IMG/VR virus record: IMGVR_UViG_3300017605_000626
Location: 1 to 64,000 of that record
Strand: one strand, 5' to 3'
Length of the DNA: 64,000 nucleotides
Origin: a virus
Taxonomy: Duplodnaviria; Heunggongvirae; Uroviricota; Caudoviricetes
Within the stretch, counting starts at the first letter, position 1, and each line of letters begins with the position of its first letter. Under the pieces are notes generated by a model that made no database searches, was not told where the DNA came from, and saw only the letters and a list, made by a program, of their open reading frames with translations. Shown here one piece after another: positions 58,101-64,000 of this stretch. A program made the translations under genes and the position numbers.

Positions 58101-60043
58101 TTTCTCTTAATGTATCAGCAATATCTACAGCGGTTTCAAATGCAAATTCGGCGATTGTGGCTAACTCCGCCCAGATGACTTCTGCTGACAATGTATTAAG
58201 TCAGCAAATATCTGTTCTTAGGTTTGCCGGTCAGTTACTTTCACTACAGAACGTGGATGCTTCGGCTTGCTCAGCCGGAACACCTGTGTATGCGTTTACC
58301 TCTGCCAACACATTTAAAAAGGCCGATGCTGACGCTGCTTCACCTGCCCCCAATGTTTTAGGTCTAGTTTATGATGCAAATATTGCTGTATCGGCTGTAG
58401 GAAATATTCAGATAGATGGTATTGTTACCCTTACTACAGCACAGTGGGACTCAATTACGAGTCAGAGTGGTGGTCTGACTATTGGATCAACTTACTATGC
58501 TGGAAGTACAGCAGGCACTTTAACAGTAACGGCTGGAGTAGGTAGTGGTCGTCCTGTTGGTATTGCTATATCGACGACTCAATTAGTTTTAACTATTAAT
58601 CAGGTTGATGATTGGACTTCTGCTGTTTCATCTATTAGTACAAGATTGTCGGCTCTATCTTCTCAGGTAAGTGCTAATAGTGCTCAAATGACTAGTGCGG
58701 ACAACGCAATTAGTAATGCAGTTAGTGTTTTGTCAGTTCAGTTGAGTTTGCAAGTTTCTGCTCTTTCTCAGGTTCATTCAGCATTGTCTGCTAACGTAGC
58801 TGCTATTAGTTTAAATGCATCGGCTATGTCTACTGCTATTAGTGCTTTATCGGTGCAATTGAGTTTGCAAGTTTCTGCTTTATCACAAGTGCATTCTGCA
58901 TTATCAGCTAATGTTGCTACGATTTCTTTGAACGCATCAGCAATGTCTACGGCAATTTCAGCTTTGTCTGTTCAGTTGAGTTTGCAAGTTTCTGCTTTAT
59001 CACAAGTTCATTCAGCTCTTTCGGCAAATGTGGCTACTATGTCACTGAATGCATCGGCCATGTCCACGGCCATATCAAATGCTAACTCTGCTATTGTTGC
59101 AAATTCTGCTCAGATGACAAGTGCTGACAATGCCATTAGTAACGCGGTTTCGGTTGAGATTGCTAATAGAATCTCTGCCGTAAATCGAGTATCTAATGCA
59201 CTGTCAGCTTTAGTATTGGATTCTGTTAAAGATGTCTCTGCACCAAGCCCTGCCGATGGCAATGTCTTAACGTGGAATTCTGCACAGGCGCAGTGGGTGG
59301 CATCGGCGGTTGCAGCAGGGACAGGGAGCGTCACATCTGCCGAACTTTCAGCCGTCAGTTTAGCAGCACAATCAGCATTATCTACTGCTGTTTCTGCCGG
59401 TGCTGTAACGGCTAATGATTTGTCAAATGCTATTTCTGCCTTGTCAGTCCAACTGTCACTTCAGGTGTCTGCGTTAAGTCAAGTACACTCAGCCCTATCT
59501 GCGAATGTTGTAACTATTAGTAACGATGTTTCTGCGATTAAGGCTGGTTTGGGTTCTCCCATGCAGATGCAGTGTATTAGTGCTGCTGGTGGATTTACAA
59601 TTCTTGCTAGTACGATGACAAACGTGACTGGTTTAACATTGTCGGTTGCGGCAGGTGGGGTTTATGAAATCCACGGTAAGGCAGTTTGGTATGCTTCTAC
59701 GACGGCAGGTGCTGGTTTTGGGATGACATTCCCGGCGACTACTTCTGCTAATGCTGCTTGGAAAATGTGGACAAACGTTTCGGTAGGTCATGCTACTGGC
59801 GCTAGTGTTTGGACTTCAACTTGGCAAGGAACGACATATTATAATGGACTTGCCGCACAATCAGGTTCAGCAATGTTGTCTGTAATTCAGGGTGCTTCAT
59901 CGCAGTCACCGTATTTATTGGAGATAGATGGTATCTTTGCTGCTAGTGCAGGAGGAACTATTCAATTACAAGCAAGAACTAGTGCAGTTAGTGCTTTGAT
60001 TTTCTCTAAGGGGTCTTTCCTAAGAGCTTTTAGAATTGTTTAA
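55109..60043 (+). CDS. giant Ser/Ala-rich tandem-repeat fibre protein (1644 aa) with two copies of an approximately 130-aa globular domain
   Basis: At least 10 repeats of the SALSSQVSSNSAQMTSADNAISNAVSVLSVQLSLQVSALSQVHSALSANVA module. Duplicated AGKLVTLQNVDGSA...GRPVGIA domain. SD AAGGAG. Confidence 0.75.
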   Translation: MVRGTIDIPQPTSATSNTLSVETASRISADITLSNAISVLSSLVSANYSAYLSLVDRVSANSAGSGSVTSTELSAVSAAANTHINTVSSQVETNSAQMTSADLALSNAVSALSAQLSIQVSALSQVHSVLSANVASISTNVSAISTRLSALSSQVSSNSAQMTSADDAISNALSVETANRVSAVNRVSQALSALVLDSIKDVSAPSPSDQQVLAWDSAAANWHPMSVVAGSGSVTSNELSAVSVAAQSAIDTVSVALATLSLNVSAISSRLSALSAQVSSNSAQMTSADNAISNAVSVETAARITADNLLSNAVSALSVQLSLQVSALSQVHSALSANVASLSLDVSAISTRLSALSAQVSTNSAQMTSADNAISNAVSVLSVQLSLQVSALSQVHSALSANVATLSLNQSAMSTAISALSVQLSLQVSALSQVVSALSANVAGISTNVSAISTRLSALSSQVSSNSAQMTSADNAISNAVSVLSTQLSLQVSALSQVHSALSANVATISLNASAMSTAISVLSNQTSVLRFAGKLVTLQNVDGSAVSAGAPVYAFTSANTFKRADADAASPAPNVLGLVYDANIAVSALGNVQVNGVVTLTTAQWDSITGGASGLTIGSTYYAGTTVGTLTTTAGQGSGRPVGIALSTTEMLLVIGQIDDWTSVVSSISSRLSALSSQVSSNSAQMTSADNAISNAVSVLSTQLSLQVSALSQVHSALSANVATLSLNQSAMSTAISALSVQLSLQVSALSQVHSALSANVATISLNVSALSTLVSALSVQLSLQVSALSQVHSALSANVATISLNVSAISTAVSNANSAIVANSAQMTSADNAISNAVSVETANRISAVNRVSNALSALVLDSIANVSAPSPGDQQVLAWDSAAGNWHPMSVAAGSGSVTSNELSTVASAVSANSAQMTSADNAISNAVSVLSVQLSLQVSALSQVHSALSANVAAISLNVSALSTLVSALSVQLSLQVSALSQVHSALSANVAGISLNVSAISTAVSNANSAIVANSAQMTSADNVLSQQISVLRFAGQLLSLQNVDASACSAGTPVYAFTSANTFKKADADAASPAPNVLGLVYDANIAVSAVGNIQIDGIVTLTTAQWDSITSQSGGLTIGSTYYAGSTAGTLTVTAGVGSGRPVGIAISTTQLVLTINQVDDWTSAVSSISTRLSALSSQVSANSAQMTSADNAISNAVSVLSVQLSLQVSALSQVHSALSANVAAISLNASAMSTAISALSVQLSLQVSALSQVHSALSANVATISLNASAMSTAISALSVQLSLQVSALSQVHSALSANVATMSLNASAMSTAISNANSAIVANSAQMTSADNAISNAVSVEIANRISAVNRVSNALSALVLDSVKDVSAPSPADGNVLTWNSAQAQWVASAVAAGTGSVTSAELSAVSLAAQSALSTAVSAGAVTANDLSNAISALSVQLSLQVSALSQVHSALSANVVTISNDVSAIKAGLGSPMQMQCISAAGGFTILASTMTNVTGLTLSVAAGGVYEIHGKAVWYASTTAGAGFGMTFPATTSANAAWKMWTNVSVGHATGASVWTSTWQGTTYYNGLAAQSGSAMLSVIQGASSQSPYLLEIDGIFAASAGGTIQLQARTSAVSALIFSKGSFLRAFRIV

Positions 60044-60062
60044 ATAAGATTGAAAGGAATTT

Positions 60063-62777
60063 TTGAAACAGATGAATGCCAAGGTAGAAAAAGTAAAACC
60101 TACTAAATTAGATATTAACGCTGTACAAAAAGTTCAATATTGTATCCCAATTTGGCTTCGTGACGAGCAGATAAAACACGCTATATCAAGGGTTAAGGGA
60201 AGAATTCAACCACATTATGAAGAAAGAACTGACAGTGTTGCAGTAGTCTGTTTTGGTCCTAGTTTATACGACACTTGGGAACAGCTAAAAGATTTTAAAT
60301 ACATAATTACTTGCTCTGGCTCTCATAAATTTTTAGTTGATCGTGATATAACACCTACTTGGCATATTGAAGTTGATCCTCGCGCACATAAGGTACAGCT
60401 TATAGGTCAGCCTAGAAAGGAAACAGAGTATTTAATTTCTTCTACGTGTCATCCTAAAGTATTTGACCATTTAGAAGGTTATAACGTTAAATTGTGGCAT
60501 GTTTTTGATGGAGAAGAAGATGCTATGAGAACTCTCCCACAGGGCGAATGGGCTTTGTTTGGTGGTTCTTCTGTAGGGTTGCGTGCATTGACGATAGCTA
60601 GGTTTTTGGGATTCAAAGACCTTCATGTTTTTGGTATGGACGGGTGTGAGGGCAAAACTGGTAAACACGCTGATAAACACCCTAATCAGCCAAAAGATTC
60701 TCAAGAATGTGAATATGGTGGGGTTGTATATAAAACAACTGCTTCAATGCTTGAATGTGCAAAACAAACTTGGCATGAATTAGATCAAATGCCAGATGTT
60801 AAAGCAACGTTTTATGGAGAGGGCTTGGTTCAGGCAATGTCTAAGAATTATATACCAAAAACTTTGCCTAAAGGTACACCTACAATTGGCTATCATAAGC
60901 AAGAATTGATTAGTCCAGAAGTTAAAGAACTTAATGCGCGATTACATAGGGAAAATTTATCTTATGGTGTTGGCGGAAAAGAACATGTAGAAATTGTAGT
61001 TAAATTAGCTGAAAGTATTAAAGCTGAAAGTATTGGTGATTATGGTTGTGGAAAAGGTCTTTTAGCTAAACATATTGGGAGACCTATATGGGAGTATGAC
61101 CCTTGTGTACCCGGCAAAGAAGAGCAATTAAGGCCAGTAGATCTTTTGGTATGTACGGATGTTTTGGAGCATGTTGAACCTGACAAACTTGCTTCTGTTT
61201 TAGATGATATGAGGAGATGTGTCAAGAGGGTTGGTTACTTTGTTATTAACACTAAACCCGCCATTAAAACGTATGCTGACGGCAGAAATACACATCTTTT
61301 AGTTAAAGATAAACATTGGTGGGAAACAGTTCTTTCTAAGTTTTTTAAGGTAGGAAAGATAGAAAATGTTGGAGGAAAACTACAAATTATTGTTGGACCA
61401 AAACCAAAAGATAAAATAGCAGAAACTTCTGTTGCAGCAGATTCTATAACTAAAGTTGGCAATGTAAGTTTTTACACTCCTAATCAAGCAACTAAATGGC
61501 GAGCTAATACATTGTTAATAAAAGAACCAATAACTATTCAGTGGATTAACAGTATGAAAGAGGGAGATGTTCTTTATGATGTTGGCGCCAACGTTGGTGG
61601 ATATACTATCTTAGCAGGGGCCAAAGGAGTTAATGTTTTTTCATTTGAGCCAGAGGCTGAAAACTATTCATTGCTTATGCGTAACATTCTTCTTAATAAC
61701 CACAAGTCTACGGCATTTTGCATGGCTATTAGTAAAGCTAGCAAGGTAGGAACTCTCAATTTAAGTCAAATTGGTGCTGGTGGTTCTTGTCATATGTTTG
61801 GTGATCCTCAAGATAAATTTATACATCAAGGTTGTTTAGCTATGTCTTTAGATGAACTATTAGCAGCCGGATTACCTCAGCCCACTCATATTAAAATAGA
61901 TGTAGATGGTTTAGAAGCAGATGTTATTCATGGTGCTACAGAAGTATTAAAAAAAGTAGATAGTATTTTAGTTGAAATTAATACGTCATTACCAAATCAT
62001 GTTGATTTAGTTAAACATTTAAAGGATAACGGTTTTACTTACAGTCAAGAACAGGTAGATGCTGCTATCAGAAAAGAGGGAAACTTTAAAGGTGTTGCGG
62101 AATTTTTATTTACTAAAGAATCTGCTCATGCCCCATCAGTTTATTCTAATGTTAGTGTCGATAGAGTGATTGCGGAAAAGATTAATAAAGCTAAAGTGAT
62201 GAAGTATCCCACACCCTATATCTTTATAGAGAACATTTTTCCTGAAGAGCTGTATCAAGACATTCTTAGCAATTTGCCGGATAACTATGTTTCTATTGAA
62301 ACGGTGCGTCAATTGAAAGGTTATAAAGAGAGGCTTGTTTCTATTCCAGAATCTTTTTTTTGGAAGGATCTAGACAGTAAACTTAGAACAGGTTTTATAA
62401 GAAATGCTCTTTGTACTAAATTTGGTGTTAGTAATGATTTCATAGATGAGACATTGTTAATTAGAGATTTGACTGGATATAAAATTGGGCCTCACACCGA
62501 CAGTTTAGCAAAAGTTATCAGTGCTTTGTTTTATCTCCCTTCAGATGAATCTCAGTTAGAAGCTGGAACTTCGCTATATTTGCCTAAAGATAAAAACTTT
62601 AGGTGTGTTGGTGGCCCACACCACAAGTTTGAATACTTTGATAAGATCACAACAGTACCATTTAAACCAAACAGCTTGTTTGCATTTTTAAAGACTGACA
62701 CATCTTTTCACGGGGTTGAATTGTATACTGGAAGTAAACCAAGAGATGTGCTTTTATACGATATTAGAAAAGGTTAA
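60063..62777 (+). CDS. four-domain fusion enzyme: DUF115/MptE-like N-domain, class-I SAM methyltransferase, FkbM methyltransferase, 2OG-Fe(II)-oxygenase-like C-domain
   Basis: VVCFGPSL..GGSSVGLRA..HVFGMDG. IGDYGCGKGLLAKH and DLLVCTDVLEHVEP. DVGANVGGYTILAG. IGPHTDS...FHGVE (H-x-D...H). Confidence 0.6.
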   Translation: MKQMNAKVEKVKPTKLDINAVQKVQYCIPIWLRDEQIKHAISRVKGRIQPHYEERTDSVAVVCFGPSLYDTWEQLKDFKYIITCSGSHKFLVDRDITPTWHIEVDPRAHKVQLIGQPRKETEYLISSTCHPKVFDHLEGYNVKLWHVFDGEEDAMRTLPQGEWALFGGSSVGLRALTIARFLGFKDLHVFGMDGCEGKTGKHADKHPNQPKDSQECEYGGVVYKTTASMLECAKQTWHELDQMPDVKATFYGEGLVQAMSKNYIPKTLPKGTPTIGYHKQELISPEVKELNARLHRENLSYGVGGKEHVEIVVKLAESIKAESIGDYGCGKGLLAKHIGRPIWEYDPCVPGKEEQLRPVDLLVCTDVLEHVEPDKLASVLDDMRRCVKRVGYFVINTKPAIKTYADGRNTHLLVKDKHWWETVLSKFFKVGKIENVGGKLQIIVGPKPKDKIAETSVAADSITKVGNVSFYTPNQATKWRANTLLIKEPITIQWINSMKEGDVLYDVGANVGGYTILAGAKGVNVFSFEPEAENYSLLMRNILLNNHKSTAFCMAISKASKVGTLNLSQIGAGGSCHMFGDPQDKFIHQGCLAMSLDELLAAGLPQPTHIKIDVDGLEADVIHGATEVLKKVDSILVEINTSLPNHVDLVKHLKDNGFTYSQEQVDAAIRKEGNFKGVAEFLFTKESAHAPSVYSNVSVDRVIAEKINKAKVMKYPTPYIFIENIFPEELYQDILSNLPDNYVSIETVRQLKGYKERLVSIPESFFWKDLDSKLRTGFIRNALCTKFGVSNDFIDETLLIRDLTGYKIGPHTDSLAKVISALFYLPSDESQLEAGTSLYLPKDKNFRCVGGPHHKFEYFDKITTVPFKPNSLFAFLKTDTSFHGVELYTGSKPRDVLLYDIRKG

Positions 62778-62785
62778 TTTATAAA

Positions 62786-63403
62786 ATGGCTTTCATTTCA
62801 ACAGAAGATTTCGACAGCTACTCCATCGCCGATGATCTCAACGGGAAAACCGGCGGAACAAACTGGAGTGACGCTTGGGCTGGAACCGTGGCAACGTGGA
62901 GCATTCAAACAGCTCCGTCCGGAGGACAAGGTGGTCTCGCGGCGAAAAATACTGTCGCTAATGACACCATGCTTAGGAATTTTACAGCTATCACGGTCGG
63001 CACTGTCAGTATCCGAATGCGTTGCAGTATTACCAACCCGAACGATTTTCTCGGGGGAGTGCTGAGAGATTCTGGGGGAACTCCCAGAATGTTTGTCAGG
63101 TTTGGGCCGACGGGGAACGTTGAAATTTACGATTCAGGTATTGCGAGCTACGTGTCGATTGTAGCCTACTCCGCAGACACATGGTACACGGTAGATATTG
63201 ACTTCGATACAGTTGCTCAGCCCAATCTGTATCGAGCGCGTGTCGATGGTGGCACTTACAGCGGCTACAAAACCGTAGATGGCGGTAGTTATGCAAACAT
63301 TCAGTGCATTCGCCTAGATGCGAGCGCAACCGGAACGCGAGACTTTTGGGTTGATGATATAAAACCTCCTAGTGAGAGGAGATGGATATTAGGACCACAT
63401 TAA
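62786..63403 (+). CDS. hypothetical beta-rich protein (205 aa), GC-rich gene
   Basis: Markedly higher GC (about 50%) than its flanks. Gly/Thr-rich. Confidence 0.45.
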   Translation: MAFISTEDFDSYSIADDLNGKTGGTNWSDAWAGTVATWSIQTAPSGGQGGLAAKNTVANDTMLRNFTAITVGTVSIRMRCSITNPNDFLGGVLRDSGGTPRMFVRFGPTGNVEIYDSGIASYVSIVAYSADTWYTVDIDFDTVAQPNLYRARVDGGTYSGYKTVDGGSYANIQCIRLDASATGTRDFWVDDIKPPSERRWILGPH

Positions 63404-63406
63404 TTA

Positions 63407-64000
63407 TGAATAGATACATTTATGTAGGACATGATCCGCGAGAGCAAGAAGCATTTAATGTGACTGAGTGTTCTATATTAAGACACAGTGATAATAATAC
63501 AGTGGTTGTTCCTTTAAAACTAAAAGAATTACGGCAATTTTTATGGCGACCAATTGAACAGAAGGATGGGAGAATGTGGTGCCCTATAAGTCAAGCCCCC
63601 ATGTCCACTGAATTTGCAATATCTCGGTTCACAGTTCCATTACTTCGTACCGGTGGTTGGGCAGTTTTTATGGATTGTGATATGTTATGTAGAGCAGATA
63701 TTAAAGAATTATTTGATATGGCTGATGATAGATATGCTGTTATGGTTGTTAAACATAAACAAGAAAATGGCTCTGTTATTAAAATGGATAACCAAGTACA
63801 GACCTTTTATTCAAGAAAGAATTGGTCTTCGGTAATACTTTGGAATTGTGCACATAAGTCAAATAGAAATCTTACTACGTATGAATTAAATACGTGGCCT
63901 GGAAGAGATTTACATGCGTTTAGATGGTTACAGGATCATGAAATTGGTGAGCTTCCACAAGAGTGGAATCATTTAGTTGGTGTTAGTCCACCTATTGAGA
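63407..64000 (+). CDS. GT8-like (nucleotide-diphospho-sugar) glycosyltransferase, N-terminal part; runs off the window end
   Basis: Not in the track because it has no stop. Hand translation MNRYIYVGHDPREQEAF...GWAVFMDCDMLCRADIKELFDM (DxD motif in GT8 context) is open to position 64000. Confidence 0.5.

Noticed and set aside
55109-60043. Highly periodic DNA repeats that could be mistaken for a CRISPR array or satellite
   Set aside because: The repeats are in-frame coding tandem repeats of one continuous 1644-aa ORF. There are no unique spacers between constant repeats.
1-64000. Possibility that this is a eukaryotic giant virus (multi-domain glycan enzymes, tRNA with short intron-like insert)
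   Set aside because: Genes carry canonical Shine-Dalgarno sites (AAGGAG, GGGAGGA) at correct spacing. There are sigma70 -35/-10 promoters, rho-independent terminators, HNH-TerS-TerL and a PolA polymerase, all bacterial-phage hallmarks.

Overview
This window reads as a low-GC (about 30–38%) tailed-bacteriophage genome segment; the genes have Shine-Dalgarno sites, so this is a bacterial virus. A tightly packed leftward (minus-strand) early/middle block fills 1–46.86 kb and a rightward (plus-strand) late block fills 47.19–64.0 kb. The two blocks are separated by divergent near-consensus sigma70-type promoters at 46.88–46.98 kb. The leftward block carries a family-A DNA polymerase with 3'-5' exonuclease, dUTPase, an adenylosuccinate-synthetase (PurA/PurZ) homolog, an ATP-grasp protein, an amidoligase-like protein and a class-II GATase-like protein. 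It also carries an RNA ligase, Hsp20, an RF-1-domain protein, a HExxH peptidase, two vWA proteins, an SPFH protein, three methyltransferases, GNAT, two HNH genes, a BNR/sialidase-like protein and an N-terminal Ro60/TROVE gene fragment at the window edge. RNA genes are three canonical tRNAs (Lys-TTT, Arg-TCT, Leu-TAA) plus an unusual tRNA-like gene with an approximately 58-nt insertion in the anticodon loop. The rightward block has HNH, TerS and TerL, a GT-A-like protein, a beta-helix tailspike, a 1644-aa Ser/Ala-rich tandem-repeat fibre, a 904-aa four-domain (DUF115-like, two methyltransferases, 2OG-Fe(II) oxygenase) enzyme and a GT8-like glycosyltransferase. I read this as a candidate fibre glycan-modification system. 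A compositionally foreign GC-rich (about 50%) island sits at 25.04–28.65 kb. It has its own terminators, a basic 386-aa protein, dense CCTGCCTG/GACCTG short repeats and an ORF-poor direct-repeat stretch that looks like an origin or iterons. There is also a strand-biased CGGTTAA motif over-represented across 16–25 kb. No CRISPR array, integrase or transposase was seen.
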